Source: Planctomycetota bacterium
GTDB taxonomy: Bacteria; Planctomycetota; B15-G4; SIAN01
Assembly (NCBI GenBank): GCA_031409275.1
Contig: JANNXA010000016.1
Coordinates: forward strand, 128,001 to 192,000
Reading direction: 5' to 3'
Length of the DNA: 64,000 bases
Shown: one piece after another, positions 49,183-58,880 of the stretch
Position numbering within the stretch: position 1 is the stretch's first letter
Layout of the letters: every line of letters starts with the position of its first letter
Position numbers and translations under genes: made by a program
Notes under the pieces: generated by a model
Seen by the model: only the letters and a program-made list of their open reading frames with translations
Databases searched by the model: none
Told to the model about the DNA's origin: nothing

Positions 49183-50778
49183 TTACTTGACCGGCGCTCC
49201 CACCAGTTCGGAGGCGAACGCGATCCACTCGTCGTTGACCTTCTTGAAGATGTCGAGGCCCGTCACCTCGAACAGCTCCTCCGACTTCTTGCGCCACTGC
49301 GGGATGAAGCCGCCAGGCACCGCCGCCGCATTGCAGCAGGCACGCAGCCAGCGCTGCCCCTTCTCGCCTTGGCTCTTGGCCACGAAGTTGAACATGCTGA
49401 ACGACTTGGCGACGTCGGGGTCGCCGAACTCGGCCAGCTTCTTCATCGCCAGCGTGTCGATCGTCGGCCCCTCTTCCAGCGCGAGGCGGTGGTAGATGTC
49501 GGCCGTGCCCTGACGCAGCGCGCTCTCTTCGCTGTTGTCGCCCTTGCCCTTCGTCGCGTACTTGCCGGTGTCGAACGCAACGCACTGCACCGAGTTGCGG
49601 CCGAGGTACTCGAGCGACAGCCAGTTGCCGACCCCTTCGTAGAGCCAGTCGGCCACGTCGTTCGAGCGATCCTGGTTGTAGTGGATGTTGACCAGGTCAT
49701 GGCCCATGTTGTGGGCGATCATCCCTTCGAGGTCGGACTGGTCGGCGGTGCGCCACTGGTGCACGTAGGCGGGCGCCGTGCCGCGGCGCATGCCATGGCC
49801 GGCGGCCTCGAGCTGCTTCTGCCGGTTGGGCCCCTCGAAGGTCATCCCGTAGTACTTGTTGAGGAACTTCTCGTTGAGGTTGATGTCGTCGGGCCCGAAG
49901 AAAGACTCGGTGAACAGCCCGTCGGGGATGTAGTCCTTGAAGTCGTCGGAGATGTAGGGATCGACGAACTGGACGCGGAACCCCTCGATCAGGTTCTCGC
50001 CGAGCTCGAGCAGGCTCTTCACGCGGTCGTCACCGCACTCCTCGCGGTAGATGATCCGCATGTGCTGGCTCTCGGCCGTGTGGAAGACCGTGGCGTCGCC
50101 GTAGACCTCCTTGCCGATCCGCGTGACGTCCTCGGCCGTCGGCACGATCTTGATCGACTGCTTGGCCAGCTCGATGCGCTGCGCATTGGCCTCCTTCGAG
50201 GCCTTCATCTCGGCGTCGATCTCGCGCTTGATCTTGCGCGACGCCTTGCCGTAGATGGTCGAGTCGAGCCAGGACTTGAGGCGCTCCATGGTCTGGATGA
50301 GCGCGGTCTGCTTGCTCTTCCATTCCGGCGTCCCCTTCTTCAGGGAGTCGCGCTGCTTCTTCAGATCCTCGATCTCGTCCTGGCGCTTGCCGTACTCCTT
50401 GGTCAGCCCCCACAGGCTCTGATCCCTCAGGAAGACGGAGATGTTCTTGATGTCGTCGCCGTTGACACTGACGCTCGCCTTGCCGCCCGCCTTGACCTTC
50501 TGCCCCTTCTCGAGCTTGTAGGGGCAGGCACGGGGGTTATCCATGTCGGCGACCCACAGCTCGTTGGTCTTCGGCGAGTAGGTCAGCTTGCCGGCGGTCT
50601 CGTCGAGCTCGATGCCCGACTTCGACTCACCGACCAGCAGCAGCTCTTCGTTCACTTCGATGCAGAAGGCCTTGAACTTCTTCGCGGTCTTCGGGTCCTT
50701 GAACTCGATCTTGAAGATCTGCGCGGTCGCGTTCGACGCGAGGCACAGCACGGCGAGGAGGGCGGCGAGCAAGCGCAT
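49183..50778 (-). CDS. Secreted Lys-rich hypothetical protein with degenerate gluzincin-like motif
   Basis: Signal peptide; coiled coil; AHNMGH...WLYEGVG. Confidence 0.75.
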   Translation of the reverse strand: MRLLAALLAVLCLASNATAQIFKIEFKDPKTAKKFKAFCIEVNEELLLVGESKSGIELDETAGKLTYSPKTNELWVADMDNPRACPYKLEKGQKVKAGGKASVSVNGDDIKNISVFLRDQSLWGLTKEYGKRQDEIEDLKKQRDSLKKGTPEWKSKQTALIQTMERLKSWLDSTIYGKASRKIKREIDAEMKASKEANAQRIELAKQSIKIVPTAEDVTRIGKEVYGDATVFHTAESQHMRIIYREECGDDRVKSLLELGENLIEGFRVQFVDPYISDDFKDYIPDGLFTESFFGPDDINLNEKFLNKYYGMTFEGPNRQKQLEAAGHGMRRGTAPAYVHQWRTADQSDLEGMIAHNMGHDLVNIHYNQDRSNDVADWLYEGVGNWLSLEYLGRNSVQCVAFDTGKYATKGKGDNSEESALRQGTADIYHRLALEEGPTIDTLAMKKLAEFGDPDVAKSFSMFNFVAKSQGEKGQRWLRACCNAAAVPGGFIPQWRKKSEELFEVTGLDIFKKVNDEWIAFASELVGAPVK

Positions 50779-50978
50779 GAGGTGGACGCTCCTTCGAGTC
50801 GGTCTCGGCGATCAGAGCACGCGGAGAGGTCGACCGTTGGGTGGTAGCCATTCGCGGGCGGTGCTGCCGCTCATGAGTGGGGCTGCGGATGATAGTCGCC
50901 CCTGAGGCGGCCGGGGAAGACGGCCGAGGAACGCGAGCGGCCCGGGCACCGGGACGCCGTCGCGCGGCCGCAGTCGCC

Positions 50979-52268
50979 TCAGTACGGACCGCGCCGGGCA
51001 GGAGTTCCGTGGAGCGCCGCCGCAAGACGGCTCAGGGCGCGGCGCAACAGCGGATCGACTCCTTGCGCGTAAGGCCCGGCGCGCTCGACCGCCTCGGTCG
51101 GCGCGACCCCGACCCCCTCGAGCGAGCTGCCATCGCCGACCGGGACCTCCATCAGCGGCGCTTCGAGGAAGTGGCCGCCGGGGAGCGGAAAGAACCCGGC
51201 GCCGAGCACCGCCCCTTCGGTCCGCTCTCCGATCAACGCACCCAGCCCCTCCGCCCGCACGTTCCAAGCGAGGATCTCCTTGGCGCTGCGCGTCCGATCG
51301 TCGATCAGGAAGGCGACCGGTCGACGCCACGGTGCCACGCTGCGCACCGTCGATCCCTTGCGCCCGGCCCGAAACGGCGCCAGCAGGCCCGGGATCTCGT
51401 CGGCGTAACCGCCGCGGCCGCGCAGGTCGACGATCAGCGCGTCGCAACGGGCCAACGGCCCGCGCAACGCGTCGGCCAGCATCTGCGCCGAACCACGCGC
51501 CACCATCCAGAGGTGGATCACGCCGATCCGGTGGCCGCCGTGGGAGACGATGCGAATGCTGCGCCGTCCCGCCTCGAGTCCGCTCGTCGACTCGGACGTG
51601 AGCTGCAGCCCACGCTCCGGTCCGCGCGCTTGCGACCGCACGCGCAAGTCGATCCCCTCGCCAGCCTCGTCGGTGGCGAGCGTGAAGAGGCGCGACTTCT
51701 CTTCGCCCGGGTCGTACCCGGCATCGACCACCCACTCGCTGTCGAACGGGACGTCGCCAGCCACCGCGACGATCTCATCGCCGATCCGCAGCCCCGCTTG
51801 CTCGGCCGGTCCACGCTCGAACAGCGCGCGGACGAACAGACGTCCCTCGACCATCTCCTCGAGCAGGACGCCGAACGTGGGCGACGGCTTGCCCGAAAGC
51901 TCGTTCATCATCGTTCGGTAGATCGGCTCGCTCAGCACCGCGGCGTGCGAGGCGCCGACTTCGGCCACCATCGCGTTCAGCACCTCGCGCAGCTCGAGTC
52001 CAGGAGCGGCGGCATCGGCGCGCGGTCGCCACTCGCGTTCGAGCGCACGCCAATCGATGTCGTCGCGCGAGCGCATGTAGGGCGTGCTGCGCAACGAGCG
52101 CACGCAAGCGTCGAAGGTCTTGAGCGTCGCATCGGAAGGCGCGAGAGCCGGCGCACGAGCGACCGCCATGGCGGGCGCCGCCCATAGCGCCGCGCTCGCC
52201 ACCATCAGAGAGAGCGCGGCCCGCCACGAGACCGCACCACGAAGCCGGCCGATGAGATTCGCGCGCAT
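50979..52268 (-). CDS. S41-family peptidase with PDZ domain
   Basis: ASH, GPAEQAGLRIGD, DLRGRGG, TRSAKE, GERTEG, EGVGVAP. Confidence 0.88.
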   Translation of the reverse strand: MRANLIGRLRGAVSWRAALSLMVASAALWAAPAMAVARAPALAPSDATLKTFDACVRSLRSTPYMRSRDDIDWRALEREWRPRADAAAPGLELREVLNAMVAEVGASHAAVLSEPIYRTMMNELSGKPSPTFGVLLEEMVEGRLFVRALFERGPAEQAGLRIGDEIVAVAGDVPFDSEWVVDAGYDPGEEKSRLFTLATDEAGEGIDLRVRSQARGPERGLQLTSESTSGLEAGRRSIRIVSHGGHRIGVIHLWMVARGSAQMLADALRGPLARCDALIVDLRGRGGYADEIPGLLAPFRAGRKGSTVRSVAPWRRPVAFLIDDRTRSAKEILAWNVRAEGLGALIGERTEGAVLGAGFFPLPGGHFLEAPLMEVPVGDGSSLEGVGVAPTEAVERAGPYAQGVDPLLRRALSRLAAALHGTPARRGPY

Positions 52269-52354
52269 GGTCGATTCGACCTCCTCGGTCCGTACGACGC
52301 CGCTGCCGCGATGTGAGCAATGATCTTCCGATTCGCGGTTCGCGCGGCGCGGCC

Positions 52355-53905
52355 TCAATCGTCGCACGCCCCCGGCTCGAGGCGATAGTCCTGCTCATCG
52401 TCGCCGACGTAGCCCAGTTCAAGGAGCTGCTCACGATCGGCCGGATCGACGCGATCGGCGGCGCCCGAGACCAGCGCCGCGAAGCGTCGCGAGTACTCGT
52501 CACCGACCTGCAGACGCAGCTCGTCGATGGTGGCGCGCTGCTCGCGCCAGAGGTTGCGCTGCTCGCGTGGATCGGCGCCGACGTCGTAGAGCTCGCGGCA
52601 CTCGACGAAGTAGCCGGGATCTTCGGGGCGCTCGAACGGCGGCAGCTTGGGGCGTGCGCCACGCGGGTTGAGGATGAATTTCCAGCGCGGCGTGCGCGCC
52701 GAGAGGATCAGGTTCTGCCATTCCGCCCAGGCGATCTCGCGGATCGGCGCCTCGGGCCGGCCACCGCGCAGGACCTCGGCGAAGGAAGCGCCATCGAGCC
52801 CCGCCGGCACTGTCCCGCCCACGTGGTCGAGCAGCGTCGGGAGCAGGTCGACGTTCTGCATCAGATCGCCAAACCGCCCGGCCTTCACGCCTGGCCCGCG
52901 CACGATCAGCGGAATGCGCAGCACCGCGTCGTAGACCGAATTGCCATGGAACCAGAAGCCGTTGTGGTCGGCGAGCTCCTCGCCGTGGTCGGCCGTGATG
53001 CAGATCAGCGTCGAATCGAGGAGCTTCGCCGCACGCAGCGCGCCGACGATGCGGCCGATGCGCTCGTCGGTCGCGCGGATGCCTCCGTCGTAGAGCGCGG
53101 TGACGTAGCGCGCGTCGGCGGGATCGAGCGGCGTGCGGGCACGCATCTTCTCGTCGAGGTGCGACTTGATGCGCGCGTTGAACGCCGACTCGGTGGGCGC
53201 CGGGTCGATCCGCAGCGTCCCGTGGTAGTCGCCGGCGAACGCGGCGTGGAAGCGCGGCGGCGGCGAGTAGGGCTGATGGACGTCGTAGAAGTGGATCCAG
53301 CTGAAGAAGGGCCGCCCGCCGCTCTTGCGCTGTTTCAGGAAATCGAGGAAAGCGTGCTCGACGGCGTCATCCCAGCGTTCGGTGCGTTCGCCCGGCATCT
53401 GCGGCTTGGCGTCGAACCAACTGCCGCGCTGCGGCGCAAAACGCGCGAAGGCGAGGGCGTGGCGCGTCGTCTTCTTGACGGGGAAGTAGGAGACGAAGCC
53501 GTGCGCTTCGTAGCCGAGCGCGACGAAGTCATCGACGAGGTCGCTGCCTTCGTCACGCAGTCCCTCGAAGTTGTCGAGCAGCCCGTGATTCGACGGGTAG
53601 AGGCCGGTCAGCATCGAGCTCAGCGACGGCCCGGTCTGGCCGCGCGGCGTGAAGAACGCGTCGCAGCAGAGCCCCTCGGCCGCCAGCGCGTCGATCGCGG
53701 GACTGACCGGCTCCGCGTAGGGCGAGTAGCCGTAGCAGCCGAGGTGATCCGCTCGCAGCGTGTCGACCGACACGATCAGCACGTTCGGGCGCGCCGCGGA
53801 CGACCCGCGGTCGGCGTCCTCCCCGCAGCCCGCGACGGCGCCCAGCAGCAGCGCAAGGCTGCTGACGGCAAACCGGCGACGTTTCGGGGAGACGGGGTAG
53901 CTCAT
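52355..53905 (-). CDS. Sulfatase-like lipoprotein, Thr at the nucleophile site
   Basis: VAGC lipobox; NVLIVSVDTLRADHL, QTGPSLSSMLTG, TADHGE. Confidence 0.85.
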   Translation of the reverse strand: MSYPVSPKRRRFAVSSLALLLGAVAGCGEDADRGSSAARPNVLIVSVDTLRADHLGCYGYSPYAEPVSPAIDALAAEGLCCDAFFTPRGQTGPSLSSMLTGLYPSNHGLLDNFEGLRDEGSDLVDDFVALGYEAHGFVSYFPVKKTTRHALAFARFAPQRGSWFDAKPQMPGERTERWDDAVEHAFLDFLKQRKSGGRPFFSWIHFYDVHQPYSPPPRFHAAFAGDYHGTLRIDPAPTESAFNARIKSHLDEKMRARTPLDPADARYVTALYDGGIRATDERIGRIVGALRAAKLLDSTLICITADHGEELADHNGFWFHGNSVYDAVLRIPLIVRGPGVKAGRFGDLMQNVDLLPTLLDHVGGTVPAGLDGASFAEVLRGGRPEAPIREIAWAEWQNLILSARTPRWKFILNPRGARPKLPPFERPEDPGYFVECRELYDVGADPREQRNLWREQRATIDELRLQVGDEYSRRFAALVSGAADRVDPADREQLLELGYVGDDEQDYRLEPGACDD

Positions 53906-53946
53906 CGAGGCGGCGATGTTAGGGCGAGGCCGTCACGCCGCAGCTA

Positions 53947-55284
53947 ATGTCGCGCCGCATGAGGATCCAGGACAAGTACGGCTCCCCCGATGAGCGCTAC
54001 AGCTACAAGAGCGCGCTGATCGACCGCATGCGCACCAGCAAGGAGCCGCTGCAGGCGGGTCGCCTCACGCTGCGCATCGCCGAGAAGCTCGGCTTCTGCT
54101 GGGGGGTCGACCGCGCCGTCGCCATGGTCTGGGACGCGATCCGCAAGAACCCGAGCCGGCGCCTCTGGCTGCTGAACCAGATCATCCACAACCCGAAGGT
54201 GAACGAGGACTTCCGCCAGAACGGCGTGCAGTTCATCTTCGGCAAGTACGCCGAGCCTGGCGGTTTCAGTCGCGTGCAGCGCGGCGACGTCGTGATCATC
54301 CCCGCCTTCTCCGCCGAGGTGGAGCACCTCATGCGGATGGAGGAGATCGGCTGCGAGATCGTCGACACCACCTGCCCATGGGTCGAGAAGCCGCATCGCC
54401 GCGTGAAGAAGTACGTCGAGGAGCGCTTCACCGTGGTGATCCACGGTCAGCCGGGTCACGACGAGACGCGCGCGACGTGCAGCCTCGTCGACAGCCTCGC
54501 GGGCAAGTGGCTCGTGCTGCGCAACCACGAAGATGCCGACCTGCTCTGCGCCTTCCTGCGCGGCGAGGTGCCCGCGGCGCTGCTGGCCGAGCGCTTCGCG
54601 AAGCAAGCCAGCAAGGGCTTCGATCCGACGCGCGACCTGCGCGAGATCGGCATGGTTAACCAGACGACGATGCTGGCCACCGAGTCGGCCGAGATCGCGA
54701 AGAAGGTCGGCGCCGCCGTCGCCGCGCGCGATGCCGTCGGCGCGAACGCTGCCGGCAAGTTCGCGAGCGGCGCGGTTCCGCTCCCCGCCGAGCTCTTCGC
54801 AGCAGATTTGAGCCGCGCGCCCACCACCCCCATCGGTCCACTCCCGGTGCTCGCGTCGGCTCCAAATCTGCCCGCACCGCCGCAGAAAAGCCCCACCAGC
54901 TTCAAAGATTTCGACACGATCTGCCCGGCGACGCAGGACAACCAGGACGCCGTGATCTCGCTGACGGCCGAGCAGGCGCCCGACCTCTTCCTGGTGCTCG
55001 GCGGCTACGACTCCTCGAACACCGCCAACCTCCTGCGCGCGGCGCACGCCAAGCACGGCGCCTACCACCTGCAGGAACCCTCCTCGATCACGCCCGACGC
55101 GATCCGCCATCGCGATCCAGCGACCGGCCTCGAAGTCGTCACGTACGGCTGGCTGCCCGCCGGCCCGCTGCAGGTCGCACTGTCGGCCGGCGCGTCGACG
55201 CCCGACACCGAGCTCGCCGCCGTGATCGGCAAGCTCGCCGAAGCGGTCGGTGCGCCGGTGCCGATGGTCGCGTCGACGAGCTGA
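53947..55284 (+). CDS. ispH: 4-hydroxy-3-methylbut-2-enyl diphosphate reductase
   Basis: GFCWGVDRA, IIHNP, DTTCPWV, NQTT, DTICPAT, SSNT, AGASTP. Confidence 0.93.
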   Translation: MSRRMRIQDKYGSPDERYSYKSALIDRMRTSKEPLQAGRLTLRIAEKLGFCWGVDRAVAMVWDAIRKNPSRRLWLLNQIIHNPKVNEDFRQNGVQFIFGKYAEPGGFSRVQRGDVVIIPAFSAEVEHLMRMEEIGCEIVDTTCPWVEKPHRRVKKYVEERFTVVIHGQPGHDETRATCSLVDSLAGKWLVLRNHEDADLLCAFLRGEVPAALLAERFAKQASKGFDPTRDLREIGMVNQTTMLATESAEIAKKVGAAVAARDAVGANAAGKFASGAVPLPAELFAADLSRAPTTPIGPLPVLASAPNLPAPPQKSPTSFKDFDTICPATQDNQDAVISLTAEQAPDLFLVLGGYDSSNTANLLRAAHAKHGAYHLQEPSSITPDAIRHRDPATGLEVVTYGWLPAGPLQVALSAGASTPDTELAAVIGKLAEAVGAPVPMVASTS

Positions 55285-55432
55285 ACCGTCGCGCGCACGC
55301 GAGATGGCCATCTTCCGCCGGGTCGCCACATCCTCCCGTGGCCGCGTTGGCGTGCGTCGCACCGCTTCCTGCGAGCCATCGACGCGTCAGAGGACGGATC
55401 GTGGCGGAGATGTCACGCGCTGCGACCCTCGC

Positions 55433-55912
55433 TCAGGTGCCGGCCGCCTTCTTCGCATCGCCCCTGTGCTCGGCGGCGGCCGCGATGTCGGCGAGGTCCT
55501 TCGCGCATTGCTTCACCATCAGCTTCGACATGATCGCGAAGAGTGGGGAGAGGAGGTTGGCGACGAAATTCAGCGGGCGCCCGACCACCTCCATCTCGAT
55601 ACGCGTGCCGTTCGTTCCGTTGGGCACGCAGCGAATCTCCGACGTGAACTCGAACCCAGCGGCGGAGCCGCGCAGCGAGTAGCTCCGCGGCGGGTTCCAC
55701 GCGGCGATCGTCATGTCGATCGTCGTCCCGCGGCTCCCCGGCGCCCCGCGCGTCTCGCGGATGACCGTGCCGGCGCGGATCGGTCCGGACGTCACGATCT
55801 CGACCTTCTGGATCGCACGGATGTTGTCACCCGCGTGCGCGAAGTCCGAGGCCACTTCCCACACTCGCGCGGGTGGCGCGGAGGAATCGTACGTGCAGAG
55901 CATCGGTTTCAT
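55433..55912 (-). CDS. SRPBCC/START-family protein
   Basis: APPARVWEVASD, GTVIRETR, C-terminal KDLADIAAAAE. Confidence 0.8.
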   Translation of the reverse strand: MKPMLCTYDSSAPPARVWEVASDFAHAGDNIRAIQKVEIVTSGPIRAGTVIRETRGAPGSRGTTIDMTIAAWNPPRSYSLRGSAAGFEFTSEIRCVPNGTNGTRIEMEVVGRPLNFVANLLSPLFAIMSKLMVKQCAKDLADIAAAAEHRGDAKKAAGT

Positions 55913-56080
55913 CGGGCGAGCCTCGCTGGTTTCATCGACGCTTCGGATCCCATCGCGATGCGGCCGATCGGTGCGCGTCGCGACGATCGATCCACGGCCG
56001 AGTCGGGGAATCTACTGCGCACTCCCGCCACCCGCGAGGCGCGCCGGCCGGAGCATCCGCACGGCATCGGGTCGCCCGTC

Positions 56081-56109
56081 CACCGACTTCCACGACGTGG
56101 CAGTCGGTG
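56081..56109. other. Intergenic hairpin (CACCGACT/AGTCGGTG stem), possible terminator or RNA element
   Basis: 8-bp plus 4-bp stem about 70 bp downstream of the methyltransferase stop; no U-tract. Confidence 0.3.
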
Positions 56110-56181
56110 CATCGTCGATCCAGGCAATCACATCCCCGACGAGGGTCCGGTCGAAGCGAGAGGTCGTTGGCGGCGCCTCGC

Positions 56182-56982
56182 TCAGCGCCGCTTCGCCGCC
56201 ACCTGCAGATGGCCCGCGAGCCCCCACCACTCGGGGCGCGAATGGACGCGCTCCTCGGCGGCGACGAGGTCACGCATCTGCGCGGGATCCTCGAGCCACG
56301 TTTCGTTGCTGCGCTGCACGAGGCAGGTCTTGGCGATCAGCGAGAGCGGCTCGAAGCCGGCGCGCTCGAGCAGCGTTTTCAGCTCGTCTGGCTCGAACAT
56401 CTTCATGCCGAACGCCTCTTCGCTGCGATCGCTGCGCCACTTGGTGCGACCGGTGCGCAGCAGGTCGAGCGCGGCGTCAGGCCCCTTCTCGCCGAGCAGC
56501 GACTTCACGCCGGCGATCCGACTGTCGACTGACAACACCACGTGGCCGCCCGGCTTGACGATGCGCGCCAGCTCGGCCAGCGCGCGCGACGGCTGCTCGC
56601 AGAAGGAGAGCGGATCGCCCTGCGCGGTCGCGAAGTCGAGCAGCCCGCTCTCGATCTCGCTCATCTGCTCCATGCCCGCCTGCACGAAGCGCGTCTCGAG
56701 GCCGCGCGATGACTCCGCTTCGGCGGCCTCGCGCGCCGCGCCGACCATCGCGCCGCTCAGGTCGAGGAAGACGACGTTCATGCCGCTCTTCAGCAGGCGA
56801 CAGCCAAACCACCCGGTCCCGCACCCAAGATCGGCCGCCCACGCCGGCCGGTTCACCGGCAGGAACGGCTTCAGATGGCGCCACGACACGTCGCGGTAGA
56901 AGCGCCAGTAGGGCGTGTCGTAGATCGTGTCGTACTTGCCGGCGACGCGATCGTGGTACTTGCGGTTGCCGTCTCGTCCCAT
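56182..56982 (-). CDS. Class I SAM-dependent methyltransferase
   Basis: ADLGCGTG, LDLSGAMV, RIVKPGG. Confidence 0.9.
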   Translation of the reverse strand: MGRDGNRKYHDRVAGKYDTIYDTPYWRFYRDVSWRHLKPFLPVNRPAWAADLGCGTGWFGCRLLKSGMNVVFLDLSGAMVGAAREAAEAESSRGLETRFVQAGMEQMSEIESGLLDFATAQGDPLSFCEQPSRALAELARIVKPGGHVVLSVDSRIAGVKSLLGEKGPDAALDLLRTGRTKWRSDRSEEAFGMKMFEPDELKTLLERAGFEPLSLIAKTCLVQRSNETWLEDPAQMRDLVAAEERVHSRPEWWGLAGHLQVAAKRR

Positions 56983-56994
56983 GGGGCGAGCAGG

Positions 56995-58779
56995 CTAGCG
57001 CAGCAGGACGACCACCTCGACGACCTTGCCGGCGCTCGCGAAGCGCGGGGCGCTCTGCCCCTCGCGCGTCGCGTCGCGCGCGAGGACGGTGTAGCGGCCG
57101 GGCGGCAGCGCGACGATCTGGCAGCGGCCGTCCGGCCCGCTCGTCCCGTCGCTTTCCGCGGCCATCGCGACGCCATCGGCATCGAACGCGAGCAGGTGCG
57201 CACCGACGACCGGCGCGCCTGCGTCATCGACGACCCGCACCGCGAGCCGCGTCTCGGCGCGCAGCGCGACGACGAGCGGCGCGTGCGGTCGATCGGAAAC
57301 GTCCAGTGCCGGCCTCACGACACGCCCCCACGGCACCACCGGCCGCGGCTGCTGGAACCGCAGGCCATCCGGCGCGCGCAATTCGTAGCGACTCGGCTCG
57401 AGGAACACGATCTCGAAGCGGCCGGAGTCGTCCGTCCACGCGCAGGCGATCGCGCTTTCATCGACGTCGGGGGCATCGCCCGCCCCAGCTCGCCGCAACG
57501 TGACCGGCACGTGGGCGAGCGGCGTCCCCCACGGATCGGTGAGGAGACCGCTCACTGCACCGCCGGGAAGCTCGAAGTCCGCGAGCGCGGTCGCGGCCGC
57601 GTGCTCCCCGCGGTCCTCCACCCGGCGTTCGAAGTGGCGCACCGACGACCAGCTCTTCTCGACGCGGAACCGCCAGCGACCGCTCGCGGCCAGCGGCAGC
57701 TCGAAGCGGCCCGCCGCGTCGGTCATGGCGCGCTGCCCGAGATCGTCCTGCTCCTCGAGCCCTTCGGCGGTCACCTCGAGTCCGGCCGTCGGCACGCCGC
57801 CGATCGTGACGCGCTCGCGAGCGACGACGTCGCGCGCATGCCTCTCGAAGCGCACCTCCCGCGTCGTCCCGTCCGCGAGCTCGAACTCGCGCCGGACTAC
57901 GGGCCACTCGGACGGCTCGATTTCCATCGAGCCGTCGAACCCGCGGTAGCGCGGCGCGCCTGGCACGTGCAAATGGATGAGGCTTCGCTGCGGCCAAGCA
58001 TCCTCGACGGCGAAGCGGCCGTTCGGGTCGCTGCGAGTCGAGCGCCACCCGCGAGTGCCGACGAACCCCAGGAGATCGACGCGTCGTCCAGCGGGATCGC
58101 CGAGCGATGGATCGATCTGGCCGATCACGCGCGTCCGCGATGCGACACGCAGCGTCACGTCGTGGGTCGACGCCGGCGCAAGGTCGAGCGCGAGCCAGCT
58201 CGTCGCGTCGGCGCACCGTTCGTTCGCGGAGAGCAGCACGGAGCGCGGCCGAACGTGGTCGAAACGGAAGCGGCCCGCTCCGTCCGTGCTTCCGAGCGGC
58301 TCGAGCGGGTCGCCGCGCGCCACGGCGCGCTCGAGTTCGGCTCGGTCGGCGACGAACACGGAAGCGAACGGGAGCGGCGCACCGGCCCCGTCGACCACCG
58401 TCCCAGAGAGCTGCGCTGGTCGCGCAAGGACGAGCTCGAGCGGCCGCGCACCGCCGGGCAGCGTGACGCGGTACGTCTCCGACTCGAGGTCGCCGTCCCC
58501 GAGCGCGGTGACCATACAATCGCCCGCCGCGAGTTCATCGAGCGCGAAGGCGCCTTCCCCGTCGAATGGATGCGCGAGGGAGCGCCGCTCGGTGCGGCAG
58601 GGAGCGCGCAGCTCCCAGGAGGGGTCATCGGCGCGGCGCACCTCGAGGAGGAAACGCGCGACCGGATCGCCGCGCTCATCGACCACGAGGCCGCGGAGGT
58701 GTTGGTCGGGAGCGCAGCCCGGGAGCAGCGCGGCCAGCGTCGAAAGCGCGAGCACGATCGAGCGCACGGCGGCGACCAT
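56995..58779 (-). CDS. Lipoprotein with carboxypeptidase-regulatory-like (transthyretin-like) repeats
   Basis: LPGC lipobox; repeated GxVVDxxGxP and TDxxGRF. Confidence 0.8.
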   Translation of the reverse strand: MVAAVRSIVLALSTLAALLPGCAPDQHLRGLVVDERGDPVARFLLEVRRADDPSWELRAPCRTERRSLAHPFDGEGAFALDELAAGDCMVTALGDGDLESETYRVTLPGGARPLELVLARPAQLSGTVVDGAGAPLPFASVFVADRAELERAVARGDPLEPLGSTDGAGRFRFDHVRPRSVLLSANERCADATSWLALDLAPASTHDVTLRVASRTRVIGQIDPSLGDPAGRRVDLLGFVGTRGWRSTRSDPNGRFAVEDAWPQRSLIHLHVPGAPRYRGFDGSMEIEPSEWPVVRREFELADGTTREVRFERHARDVVARERVTIGGVPTAGLEVTAEGLEEQDDLGQRAMTDAAGRFELPLAASGRWRFRVEKSWSSVRHFERRVEDRGEHAAATALADFELPGGAVSGLLTDPWGTPLAHVPVTLRRAGAGDAPDVDESAIACAWTDDSGRFEIVFLEPSRYELRAPDGLRFQQPRPVVPWGRVVRPALDVSDRPHAPLVVALRAETRLAVRVVDDAGAPVVGAHLLAFDADGVAMAAESDGTSGPDGRCQIVALPPGRYTVLARDATREGQSAPRFASAGKVVEVVVLLR

Positions 58780-58880
58780 TCAGCGGCTCCTCGGGCAGGG
58801 AAGGGCCTGTGGGTCTAACTCGTGGCGAACGAGCCGAGAAGACGGCCGAAGCCGCGCGTGGCGCGCCGCTCCTGCCGGAG

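Noticed and set aside
56012..56230. Small ORF or riboswitch in the 270-bp intergenic gap
   Set aside because: No convincing start or RBS and no recognisable riboswitch consensus; only a hairpin is visible
56182..56982. Arsenite methyltransferase ArsM
   Set aside because: Lacks recognisable ArsM motifs (GCGNP, SNCV) and is separated from arsS by an unrelated gene
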